DNA of 64,000 bases from the human T2T-CHM13v2.0 reference genome, Homo sapiens. The stretch lies in NCBI RefSeq assembly GCF_009914755.1, contig NC_060938.1; one strand, written 5' to 3'. The notes under the pieces are model-generated. The model ran no database searches. It saw nothing but the letters and a program-made list of their open reading frames with translations, and was not told the DNA's origin. Positions 35,131 through 49,763 of the stretch are shown piece after piece (within the stretch, counting starts at the first letter, position 1; each line of letters opens with the position of its first letter). A program made the position numbers and the translations under genes.

Positions 35131-36053
35131 CCTATGCACTTTGCCTTTAGGTCAATTACACAAGCATTGCCATTAGTGCACTTCCCAATTTTATGTATTT
35201 CTCATTTGCTGTATGATGATATTCATTTAAGTATCTTATTTCCTCACTGATTTCTTTCAAAGGAAGGAGATATATCTAACCAAATTAACATTTTGTGGCT
35301 ATTTGAAATTCTAAATATTTGCTGGAAGGAGAGAGGCCAAGTATAAAATCTTTAATTAGAACAGATATATACTACATTCTTCCAAGACTGTGTGGTATCT
35401 AATGAAGTACATGATATAATCCATGAGAAGTCATGAGTGACTTTTAGGGTCTTCATGATAAATGGCAAATCAGCAGCATTTTTAGTCTCAACTTTTATCT
35501 TATCTGAATTACTAATTAAAACCAGAAAGGGTGTCTATATTTATGTGATGATGCATAACAAATGAAGACAAGTAGTTTTGCATTTGTCTTTTAGGAACAA
35601 GTGCACCATTATAGGAAAAAACAGATTAGCATCCTTCTTGGCATATTCCACAACGATCCTATTTATATGAAAGAGCTGCAAATGCACAATATGTACAGAG
35701 CATTAGTTTGGCAAGATCAACCCTGTGCTCTGGTTTATGGCTGTGATTCAAACTTCCTTATTGTTTCCATAGTTTTGGAATCACTCTTTCATTTAACAGT
35801 CTTTTATGAAATATTTGCCTTTTTTTGTTCAAAGCTTTTTCCAACACCCCTAAGAAATTATCAGCAGGAGCAGGAAGCCTAGTTTTCGGAGAACTATTAA
35901 CTATATCAAGAGTTAGCTGATGAAAAAGACCACACAGTGGTCTAAGTCTTGCTTGTACTGAGGCTTCTTAAAGGTTCAATAAAAATAAACAGTTATATTT
36001 TACTAGATTCAGTGTAGAGTTTTTCTCATGAACTATATGTGATTATCAATCAA

Positions 36054-36100
36054 ATATATATATACATATATACATACATACATACATACATACATACATT
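36054..36100. repeat. (TA)n(TACA)n microsatellite
   Basis: Seen directly. Confidence 0.9.
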
Positions 36101-36687
36101 TACAGCATGGGTTAAGGATACAGTTTGCTTTCTCACATACACCTATGCAGAGACAAATCTGACAATTAGAAGGGTCTCTGTTAAGCATCATGGGATGATA
36201 CAAATTTGTATCAGACATGGAACCTTCCACATACATTTTGAGAGTAGGTGAAACATAACAGAGCCAGTTCTGTAGCAAAGGTTATGTGAGTGATTCAAAA
36301 ATGCTATGCAAAGACAAAAAATAAAAGCACTTTTGGCCTGTATAATGATACAGCTACATAGTAATGTAATAGAAAAGTAAGAGCTAAAGTAATCAAGAAC
36401 AATAAACAGTAACACAAAGACGAAAAATTAACTTGGAGAATTAGGAAAGTTAATTTAAAAAAGAGAACTTACAAGACACATATAGAGAACGTTCTTTTAT
36501 TCATAAAAAGAAAATCATGAAAATTATCTGATAATCAGTAGGAAAAACTAGAATTGTACCTCACAGTGACAACATAAGAACTTACGTACTGTATTAGGAA
36601 TATAGGTAGAAATTTTTATCTTTTGAGTAAAAATAAATGATGTAAAATTTTAGAAGGAACATTGTCTTTCTGCCTCCATCTCTCCAG

Positions 36688-36733
36688 GCACACATTGTGA
36701 AGGAATTTGCTTTAGGCTTGAGACGGAGAAAAG
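36688..36733 (+). other. Candidate 46-nt spliced exon of an unidentified transcript
   Basis: Acceptor TCTTTCTGCCTCCATCTCTCCAG| and consensus donor AAG|GTAAGT in unique sequence. Confidence 0.45.
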
Positions 36734-36752
36734 GTAAGTTCTTAAAAGTTTT

Positions 36753-38318
<1,566 letters not shown>

Positions 38319-38463
38319 ATATATATATACATATATATATGTATATATATGTATATATATGTGTGTATATATATGTATATATATATGTGTGTATATATAT
38401 GTATATATATATGTGTGTATATATATATGTATATATATGTGTGTGTATATATATATGTATATA
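38319..38463. repeat. (TA)n/(TATG)n microsatellite derived from the L1 poly(A) tail
   Basis: Lies between the L1 3' end and the right TSD. Confidence 0.9.
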
Positions 38464-39759
38464 AAAAGTTTTAGACAGCGAGTAAATGACTGGTAATGAA
38501 TAAATGGTGACAATATAAGTTATATTAATTTAAATAATAATGAATAGTATGTTACTTAAAGCATCCAAGTAGAACTTAAATGACCTTATCTCAGAGGTGT
38601 TGTAGAGATAATTCCTTTTTTAAAGTAAAAAAAATTGGCATAAGTGGATTACTTCTAAGCTTCATCTCAAATATGAGATATTTGTGTATAATGTTTAATT
38701 TACTTTGTTTAGGCTATTGATTTTCCTGATACTATTCCTTTTTGTTATAAACATCTTATTGATTTTTGTTTATTGTAAGTATCAGATGCAAAATCTATCA
38801 TTGCATCTGTATCTATCACTGCCTATTTACTGTAGCAAAAATTTATAACCAAGGAAACACAGAGTGAAAAACAAAGAGATAACATCTCATTAAATATGCA
38901 ACTTATATCAAAAGTTTTATGCTATATTTGTTCTTATTACACAAAGTATGTTCATAGTAGGACATTTACAAGACTCAAATAAAATATAAATCACCCTGTG
39001 GGCCAAGGAAAGGAAACATTTTTTTCCCTTCCCTTCTCACTTTCCAGAACAGAGGATTAATATTATAGGCTATATGCTGGAATGCTGATTTTTAGGGCAT
39101 ATTTTCTAGCGCCAGAATCACTGCATTTTAAAAGGTGAGAACCTGGAGGTGGTTTTCTTCTCACTTCCACATAAGTGGCTGAAGTTGTAATTGGATCCAG
39201 GCCTTCTAAGAGGCCCAACCTGTTCCCTCCTATCTTCTGCCACCAGAATATAGGAGGGCCCAAGATGCAGTCTGGGAGTGGAGGAAGTGAGGGGCTCAGT
39301 GAGCAGTGAGTTTAGAAGAGATCCTTTACATCTGTATCCTAGGGCACGAGCCTACTAGGATTTCAGACACACAGCCTAATAACATTTTGTTTGTTTGTTT
39401 CTTGGAGGACTTGGGTAGAAGAAAGGCTGACATATGGGACAGGCATACAGTATTACTTGATCAAATATAATCTACTAGCACTATAATCTCTGATTTTCAA
39501 CAATTCCCTCTACCCAGAGATAATCACTGGACACTTTAGTAAAAATAATAATAATAATCTCTTTAATTCCAAGCCTTTATGTCTTCTTTTCCTGCTAATG
39601 GGTCCAGGAGGGTTTTGTCATTATTAACATAATCTTCTGAAATGCACATTATAAAGCCTATATTTTAATATAACAATTACCTTCCATGACATTAAATATA
39701 TTTTATAACATTTAAAAGTTTGCTTGCATCTATATTTAATTATGGGACACATGGGTGTC

Positions 39760-40258
39760 CAATATTGTTAGTGGCCATCCAACAGCCATTCTCTCTCCTT
39801 TTCCTGCTAATTTAATCATGATTTTATGCTTAGTCCATAGGAAATTATTCAAAACTTCTCCAAATCAATCATGAAAATTCTATTTTTCCAGGTACCTACT
39901 TTCCCAGACTCCTTGCAGTTGGAATTTGCCATGTGACCCACTTTTGGCAATAGAGAGGTAAGGGCAAGTTGGCTAGGATAGGAGGATTTCAGAGGAATGT
40001 CACTCCTCCCCAGGATGAATGGAGAACTCCATTTACTGTCTTCTTGTTTTTGTTTTCCCAGCCATGTTTTTTGGATCTATGGCTGTAACTTTATGACCCA
40101 GAGAAGTGAAACTAAGGAAATGCCATCAAATGAGGATGACAGAGAAGGAGGCTAGAAAGAGAGGGGTTACTCCATAAGATCACAGAGCCACTGAAGCAAA
40201 CCTGGAATAGGCTACCTTGAGACTATATAATAGAGTTTTCTGTGCCTTGCAGCTAAAT
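39760..40258 (+). mobile_element. Old MaLR LTR (MLT1J/K/L-like)
   Basis: TTTCCCAGACTCCTTGCAG...GCCATGTGACCC...CTTGCAGCTAAA. Confidence 0.6.
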
Positions 40259-41834
40259 AAAACCTATGTTTCAAACCTTTTCCTCTTATGAGCAGAACTT
40301 TTATGAACATTTATATACTGGTGTCTTTATTCATATCTGTGATTATGTCTTTATGATGAACTCCTAAAGACGGAATTACCAATTCACAGGAGATGCAAAA
40401 CACTAAGAAAGACTTTTGGTACACACTGTCAAATTGCCCTCAAGAAAGATCGCACAAATTCAGGATTCAATAAACACTATAGAAACTCTTAAAAATGTAA
40501 CTGTACCAAAACAGTTGATTTTCCTTAAGGAGAGCCTACATCTCTGCAACTTTTTAGAAAGCCCAGCAAAACTCCAAGAGAAGACAAAATAAATAAAGTC
40601 TGGGAAACACAGTAAAATATATAGAATGACATCTTCAATCTGTAAATGCATAAATACATAAAGACATCATCTAAGTTTCCAGACTTATGGATACCTGGTA
40701 GAACTATCAACTGACGAGGCTGGCTGAGTTTCAGATTTTGAATATCTCAATTAGCCTGTGCAGGAACAGTCACTTTGGAGCACAGCATAGCTCTGTGGAT
40801 AATGTGCTTGTCCCCTGAAGACTGTCACAAGAGAGCCTGAAAAAAGAAAACTGCCCCTGGAATTCTATTCTCAGACACGTAGTGCTGAGTTTGTGACTTA
40901 AAATCCTTACTTCCCCATCTGCCCAGTCTGTTTTCCCTAATAAAGGTCATTTCAAAGAGTTATAAAGGCAAACATCAGCAGTAGCATATTAAATGCAGTG
41001 AAATGGTAGTGAAACATACGGCAGGCTGATTACTGCAATATAGCTCAAATTTATGACACAATAGAACCCCATTATCGGGTTAGTTACCTAAAAGGTGAAA
41101 GAAAGGTCAAAGGTATAGAATGTCCTTTGGAGAAGTTTTATTTGTCAATCTCTGTATTATAGATGTTTGACAAGTTAATTTTTCAATGTACCCCACTGTG
41201 ACTATTCTCAGTATCTAAATTTACCTGCTCAGATAGGTCTAAGGAAAATCTCTGTGACACAAAATGTCATTTCTCCTAATGTAAAATTTATTTCCAGCTT
41301 CCTTTGGGATTAGTTAACACTAGAAATACACGGCAGTTGCAAATATCTATCCATTCTGATAAGAATAATAAGTTCATGACTACTATCCTTGACTGCTCTA
41401 ATAAATGAGTCTATTTACTTCTAGCTATATATTCTCATTCTGTATGTCTGACACACGGATATGGTGTTAATGAAAGAAGCGATATGGGAAGACCTGGGAT
41501 CTAGGACCAGCACTGTGAACAACACATTATTTGCTTTATAATAATTTAGGTTATTGACACAGGTGTGAAAGAATGACAACCACATGAGAATATTATGGTA
41601 TGGTAAAAGTCAAGAAGTGGTAAAACCCAGAAAAGAAAAGGAAACAATCCCCCTGGTTTTAAAAGGCTTAAGCTCAACGATAAAAGTATTGTTGTTGTTA
41701 AAAGAAAGAAACTAAGGGACTACTGCATACATCCAGAGGTATCCACATGGTCTTTGACCTTGAGATGTTTACAAAGTTAATTAAGAGGGGAGTACAAGTG
41801 CATAAAAAAAAGTCGACTATGATGCCCACACAAA

Positions 41835-42061
41835 GAAAACAACATGTGAAGACTGGAATTTTGCTCTCACAAGCCAAGGAGCTACCCCAAGCTCCTACCC
41901 AAAGCTAGGAGAAGGGCTGGAGCAGATCCTTTGGAGAGAGCGTAGTCCTGCTGGCACCTTAACTTTAGACTTCAAGTCTTAGGAACTCTGAGGCAATACA
42001 TTCATGTTGTTCTTAGCCAGTTTGTGATACTTTGTTATAGCAGCTCTGGGAAAGTAATACA
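41835..42061 (+). mobile_element. MLT1B/C-like LTR 3' half
   Basis: CACAAGCCAAGGA...TTTGTGATACTTTGTTATAGCAGC...AGTAATACA. Confidence 0.75.
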
Positions 42062-42269
42062 CTTGTGTCCTCCATATTTCTCACCATCTGAAAGTTACTT
42101 CGTTTATTTTTTTATTTGTGTCTTATTTCCCATCTTATTTCCTGCATAGACTGTCCCATGAGAGGGAGCACAGTCCTTTTCTGTGTGCCGGAGATTCATA
42201 TTTGGATGATATGCGATACTTATCTTTGAGGGACTTAATGAAGTATTTGTAACTAAAATGTAAAGCATT

Positions 42270-43080
42270 TCTATTCCATTAAGTGAATGAATATTGAAGT
42301 CCTGCTACGTTCTAGATGCTGCTACAAACATGGGACGCAGTGGGTAGCAGGAAAACCTGGCCCCTTCTCTGAGTTTACATTCTGCAGAGAGAAAGATAAT
42401 AAACAAAATAAAGAATATAGAACATGGTGTAATAAATATTAGAATTGTGAGATAAATGTAAATGGCTTGATCAAGAAAGGTCAGTCAGAAATAAACTAGA
42501 TTGGTTTGAGGAACAGAGAGGAAGTGAGTGTTCAGATCAGGTAAATGAAGTAGTAGGTGGACAAATGAGAATGAGAGGAAGAGGTGTTGGATCTCATAGG
42601 GCCTGGCAAGCTATGGCTAGGGTTTGGATTTTATTCTAAAGCATAATGGAAAGCCATTAGGAGGTTCCAACTAAGATCATACCATGTTTTCAATTCTTAT
42701 TTTTTATGTTAATTTTTTGAATTTTAAATTTTGGTGCATACATAGTAGGTGTATATGTTTATGAGTTACATGAGATACTTTGATACAGGCATGCAATGCA
42801 TAATAATCACATCAAGTATCAATAATCAAGTATCACTCTAGCTGCTGTGGGGTAAACAGACTATACGGAGACAAAATTAAACCCAGAAAGATTATTTGAC
42901 ATGGGGGCTATTGCTAATTGTGGCTTTGTCTGGGGTGCTGGCACAAGTGTTGAGAAGAGTACATGTTGTCAGTTGTATCTTGGAGGTATAGCTAATAGGA
43001 GCAGCCATTGGATGGAATATAGAGGTGCTGGAAAATAAGAAATCAGTCCTAATTCTTAGGTTTCTCCATGACCTCTTACC
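42270..43080 (-). mobile_element. L2 fragment with a short antisense L1MA 3' end inside (about 42700-42815)
   Basis: TTTGGATTTTATTCTAA...GGAAAGCCATT; ACATAGTAGGTGTATATG...CATGCAATGCATAATAATCACATC. Confidence 0.65.
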
Positions 43081-43399
43081 AATTAAAATAAAACTGTATT
43101 TATTGGATGGCAATTCTTCAACTGAGAAGAGTTTACTTGATGTTTACATAGAAGATGGTAGGTAGCCATCTGGGATAGATGATTTTTAAGCTTTTACAAC
43201 CCTGAGTGCCTATGATCCTTATGTTTAGAGCAAAGCTGCTACTCTACCTTTGGTCAAACAGTCCTAGGAATTAAGCTCGCACAGTGAAATGATAGTATGG
43301 AACTAGGATGGAGACTCCATCCATACTCTAAACATGTTATTTATGAATTTTCCAATGTTATATAATGCTTTAATAACAATCCTTTTCTGGATCCCTTTG

Positions 43400-43600
43400 T
43401 ATTGTAGGTTTAGTGTTAAATTCTTTGCATATGCTACCAATTAATCCTCATAAAAATGCTGTGCAGTAAATAGGATGAGCCTCATAAATCAAACAACTGA
43501 GTCTGAGAGGACAGTAATAAGGCCAGGATTTAAGGGCCAGGAAGTGACATAACCAGAGTTGTAACCCATATTTTTTCTAACTTCCAAGTCTGTTCTACCT
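43400..43600. mobile_element. MIR fragment
   Basis: ATTTAATCCTCA-like start and ACTGAGTCTGAGAGG core. Confidence 0.5.
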
Positions 43601-45181
43601 GCCCTCTGATTTGTAAAGACCTTCAATGAGTAATAAAGACTGTAAGAAGAATTAAAAATAAGGTAAAACAAATAAATACTTTTATCTTTTAACTTATTTG
43701 AAATTTGGTTTGACATATAAGATAGTATAAATTTGTTTCCGTGTGTGAATATATACATACAAATTATAAACATATACACATGCATAAAATATATATAAAT
43801 TTATATGAATATATCTATTGACTCTGTATAGGTATATACATACTCTACACACACAGACACATGCACACACTCTGGATAGAAACAAAATATATTATTAAAA
43901 TAGGTAAAATTCCCTTGCCATGAGTGACTTTTGTGATTTCAGAACTAACCAAGTATTCTTACAATACATCAACACTTTTTGCTTATTGGAGAAGCTTCCT
44001 CAAAGCCAAAATGAGAGAGAAATCTTTAAAAAAAAAAAAAAAAAAAGTGGGATGCAATTTTCATTGCTTGCTCTATGTTCCCATTCACTGGTTGCTTAGA
44101 GAAATAAATCAAAGTGACAACGAGTTGAAATGGAAATCAAATTTTGCTAGCATTTTCATTCAAAGAAGAATTCTTCAAAAAGCCGAAATTAGAAGAAAAA
44201 ATGAAAGTCATCCTCACTGCTAATGAAATGTTCCCTTGCTGTCTTGCAGGATGTGGCTGCAAGAAAAACAACTTGGACTTAACCAGAAACTCAAAATACA
44301 CTGCATTTTCAACTTAGTAATTAGGCTTATATGGGATGTCACAAACAGTGATTGTTACAATGGACTGGCTTTGAAATGCATACTCTGGATTAAATGGTAC
44401 TTGAATGGTGAAGGCACATTCTGCAGGCATGGCTAATCTATGTGAAATGATGGTGCTGGGGAAGCCACTCCTGCTGGCTCTGACTAAAGCCTGTCCCCAT
44501 GCACCTGCTGGAAGAGCAGGTGTTTTTTTTCCATAGATCTGATTTTAAAAATAAGGTTAAAAGATGACAGCTGTGAGAAAATGAAGCCATCCTCTAGAGA
44601 GTAGCTGCCTTATGGGATAAGGAAAACAGTTCTTGGAAGCAAACCCTGCAGCACTTTATTAGTCAGGTGTGAAAGGAGAGCTGTCTTCTCTGGAACTTAG
44701 GCTGAAAATTTTTCTTTTAACCCTCACCTTGGCAATATAATTTTTTACTCTTCGAAAAGTAAAGAAAATGAACCTCTGTGGCCATATATTCTTTTCACAT
44801 TTTTTGACAAATATTTATTGAGCAATTATTTAAATGCTATAATTGACAATACTAATATGAACCTAAAAAACTAAAGAACTCTATGTATAAGGAAATTTTA
44901 ATGTACATTAACTAAAACATTGTAATCCAGCATTTAGCACTTCTACACACATGTGAACAGGCTGTTGTTATTATCTGCTGAGGTCATTTGGTGGTACTGC
45001 TCAGGGTTACTAAAATTTTTACCATGAATAACATTTAAAAATCAAATATATTTTGTACGATTTCTACTTATACAGGACATGGATACCATGAAGCAATTTA
45101 ATGATAAAGAAGATACTTTTCCTACATTGAGAGAGCTAAGAATCTGATGGAGAAAAGAAACACACAATAAAATTCAAGTCC

Positions 45182-45322
45182 AAGTGGTTTCTTAATTTCC
45201 CCAGTTGGATTTCATCTCTCTGTTCTGCACTTCTAGGACACTTTCAACAAGTACCTGAACTTGTCCTGGAAGTGCAGAACAGAGAGAAATGAAATTCATC
45301 TTGGGTAGTTAGGGAACCATTT
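45182..45322 (+). repeat. Long inverted repeat (about 60-bp arms, 21-nt loop); pre-miRNA-like hairpin candidate
   Basis: 45216-45240 pairs with 45262-45286 (24 Watson-Crick + 1 U-G); imperfect pairing extends to 45182/45322. Confidence 0.9.
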
Positions 45323-45497
45323 AAGGAGATCATAGTTGAATCTGGGTCTCAGCCTCAACGTAAAGAAAGATTAGTGAAGCACAATGAATAATCCAGCAGA
45401 AAGATGGGTAGAAACAGTGAAAAGCCCAGAGACCAGAAAATTTGGAGAGTGACAAACAATAATACGGTGTGGGGTGGGAGTAGGGGAAGGGGATATT

Positions 45498-45529
45498 TTA
45501 GCAGAAGATTAAGATGAATCTTCTGCTAA
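45498..45529. repeat. Perfect 13-bp inverted repeat with a 6-nt loop
   Basis: TTAGCAGAAGATT-aagatg-AATCTTCTGCTAA. Confidence 0.95.
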
Positions 45530-45709
45530 GAAGTAATCTGGCCTCGAATACTCTATCATGCTAACAAATGTGGACCTTATTTTTGTAGAAAATTTGGAAA
45601 CATCAGCAGTTTTGAGCAGTAGAGGTTCATGATTTTAATGAAGCTTTAGTAAGATAATGCTTGTGGCTATGTTGAGGACAGAAAGACCAGTTTGGAAGCT
45701 ATCATAATA

Positions 45710-46069
45710 CAGCCAACCCCTGACTTAAGATGACTTTACTTAAGAATTTTTGACTTTACAATGGTGCAAAAGTCATACACATTCAGTAGAAAACATATTT
45801 TGACTGTCCATACAACCGTTGTTTTTCACTTGTAGTATTTAATAACATACATGAGATATTCAACAACTTTATTATAAAATAATATTTGTGTGAGATGCCT
45901 TTTGCCCCACTATAGTGTAAATTAAGTGTTCTGAGCACACTTAAGGTAGGCTGTGCTAATAAGCTATGATGTTCTGTAGTTAAGTGTACTAAGTGCATTT
46001 TCAACTCAATATTTTCAGCTTAAAATGGGTTTATTGGGATGCAACCCAACATAGGGAAAGGAGCATCTG
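45710..46069. mobile_element. MER47A-like TcMar-Tigger MITE
   Basis: TA|CAG...GAGCATCTG|TA ends; internal GACTTTACAATGGTGCAAAAG and AAGTGTTCTGAGCAC. Confidence 0.8.
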
Positions 46070-47196
46070 TAGTTGCAAGAAATAATATTTTAAGAGGCAA
46101 GAGGTAATTAAGTTTCAAATTAGTGCAGTGGAAGTAAGAATGAGGTAGGATGCAGATATCGGTAATGTGAAGAAATAGAATTAGTATTGGTTGTTAGCAG
46201 TTTGAGTTTTTGGTCAGCTATTCATATGACGATGTCTTGACCACTATTAGAAATTCTGATCAGGGGTCAAGGGAAACCAGGGTTGGAGATGTAGATCTGA
46301 GAGTTCTCTGCATTGAATTTATGAGTTAGCCATTTAGGTGTAGATGGATGTTGTCCAAAGGAAAAAAATGTAGCAATCCTAGATAGAGAACCTGGGAAGA
46401 TACCAGTATTTAGGAGTTGGCTTAAGAAGCAAAGTCATCAAGGGAGTATTCACAGGAATACAGAAAGGAGTGATAAGTAGTGGTCCAGGCTATGGAGAAG
46501 CCAAGTCAGATGGACTGAAGAAGGAAGAAGTTGGTCTTAGTAATATGTGATCATTTTGACAACTGGTAGAGAAGATTCAGAGACAGTGCGATAGCCAAGT
46601 CCAAACTGCTGTGGGTTGGGAAATAAAGAACTGAGAAAGGAGAGTCAGTGAACAGAGATGACTGTTTATGGCATTCAGTATTTAGGATGAGAGAGTACAT
46701 TGAGTGAGAAGTAGAGGAAAATGGGATTTTGGGTGGCGGGTGGGGGTGGGGGTGGGAATAAGGACACAAGAGAATGTCCCTGGAAGGCTAGACAACCTGG
46801 AAAAGGAGAAAATAAAGAGTGAGAGAGAGGATCTAAGATGGGTAAAGACAAACACGTAGTTGAAGTATATGGGTTGCCATGGTGAGGTAGAGAGAATGTT
46901 TACAAATGCAGAAGGTTTTGAGATGGATGACAAGAAAGCCCACAAAGTTGAGAAACTGGGAAGTACAGCAGTTAAAGGTGATGGGCCAAGGCAGATAGAA
47001 GCAGGAAGAAAAGACTGGAAATGAGACTGAATAAGGTTTAGAGAAGGAGACCTGGTTGTTGAAGTCACTCAAGAGGAAGGCAAGAGCAGAAAAGGAGAAG
47101 AGAAAAATCTTATAACTAATTGGTGTTACTATCTCTATCAGGCTATAGGTAGCATGTGCATACATTTATACATGTACATACATGTACACACATATA

Positions 47197-47838
<642 letters not shown>

Positions 47839-49529
47839 ACATACATACATATATATATTCTATAATACCTATGAAATTTTAATATTAATTCCTGTTCCTG
47901 CTTCTTTTTTCAGAAATGAGATTACATTTGGGGAAGTATTTTCAAGGTCCTAAAATCAAGTTGTTATAATGAGAGAACAGAGAAGACTCTGTAATATTTC
48001 ACATTATGTAGTGTTTTTTTCAGTCATCAGAACACTTACACATATTACATGGTTTTATAACCCTGGGTACTATTTAGGCAGGAATTTTTTTTCTATTCTG
48101 CAAATGAAAAAAACATGTTGTGGCCACACAGATCTTCATATTTTGAAACCCAACCCACAGCATTTTTTACGGTAAACTATATATCACACTGCCTTTCTGC
48201 TCAAAGACTTTAAATGATTTTTTCTATGCAAAATTAAAATATGAAATATTTTCAGTGTTCAGGTTCTTATAAACTGAGTTTATATGCATATTGGTATATT
48301 AATATACTCCTTATAATTTTTATGAAATTTCAACATTCATTACATGTTCCTTTGAATTCCAAGAAAATCTTTCATTGCATGAATATTACCATTATCTCAC
48401 TTTCCAGCTTTCTCAAAGCCGGGCACTGTGAGGAATGCCTCAGACTGGCAAAAAAAAAAAAAAAGTTAGGATGTTACTGGAGAGAAAAGAAACTGCACTT
48501 TGATAATATTAATTATTTAGCTGAAAGGTATGGTTCAAATATTCAAGAAGCTTTTGGCATTTCCCACATTACAGTCAGGCACTAGAACGTAGCAACACAG
48601 AAATGTACTTGTTACCTGAGGCATGTTTTAATTTGGGGTTCAATGATTCAGTCCTACATGACCAACTAAAATAAAAACCTATATTCTGGAAGTTGGTTTG
48701 TGAGGACTTTGGGGTTAACAACTCTGAACAACTTAAGCACTACCTACCAGAGTATGCTGCTTGTTTTCTTTGGCTTAGAATTGTACATAGGTAGAAAATG
48801 ATGAACATCCATTCAATTGTGACATCTTTTCTTTGTCATTTCATAGAAAAGGGGATATGTCATCAGTTGGGCAGCAATAAGAACTGCATTCTTCTAAAGT
48901 GGATTTTAAAGTTATTAACCCAGAGTTTCATCAGGGTTCCTTTTAGTAGGACCAATATCAAGGGACAGTTTCTGTTGCATCTGACCTGCAATTTATTTTT
49001 TATCAAGTTATGTCAGAACTAAAAAGTGGTGGGGTTAAGAGCATCAGTGCTTTCTGCAATGTCAAGGAACCCATTTTTGAATACTAGTTCTTTCCCCATG
49101 GTTCTGTCTGAGGCATGTAATTTAAAAAGTCTGCCGTATTATTTTGGAGGTTAAGCTGAGCACTTCTTTGGGTAATTGGGGTCATCTTCCAGTGGGCAGT
49201 ACTTGAACTGAGACAATTCTGATTTTAATTTTTTTTTCTGAGGATATCTTGAGAGATGGCAGTGAAAAAGTCAGAATAGAATGCTCTATTTTTAAGAAGG
49301 ATTTATGAATGTTTTAAAAAATTCTTTGTCCCACATATATCTAATTTTTTTATACGTACAGAATTGTTCATTTCAGAACTTTTTAGGAAGTACTTTTAAA
49401 TGTTTCTGATATAGTTCTTAGAAGTAAGATTATTCATTCATTCACTCCATTCCTTTTGATTTTCTTTGATATTAGTACATGTGAGGCGAGCAGAAAAAAT
49501 AAAATCTGCCTTCTAAAAACACTTTGCAG

Positions 49530-49763
49530 GGCCAGGCGTGGTGGCTCACTCCTGTAATCCAAGCACTTTGGGAGGCTAAGGCGGGCAGATCACGAGGTCA
49601 AGAGATCAAGACCATCCTGGCCAACATGGTGAAACCCTGTCTCTACTAAAAATACAAAAATTAGCTAGGCATGATGGTGAGTGCCACTCGTCCCAGCTAC
49701 TCAGGAGGCCGAGGCAGGAGAATTGCTTGAACCTGGGAGGAAGAGGTTGCAGTGAGCCGAGAT
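49530..49763 (+). mobile_element. AluSc-like element lacking its 3' end and tail
   Basis: GATCACGAGGTCAAGAGATC diagnostic; stops at GAGCCGAGAT. Confidence 0.9.

Larger units (their letters stand above)
45075..47070 (-). mobile_element. Degenerate L2 containing two hairpins and a MER47 insertion
   Basis: GGTTGGAGATGTAGATCTGAGAGT, GGAGAAGCCAAG, AGATGGACTGA and other L2-like purine-rich tracts. Confidence 0.65.

Noticed and set aside
46682-47165. Two S/F/L-rich minus-strand ORFs
   Set aside because: Low-complexity translation of pyrimidine-rich L2 sequence.
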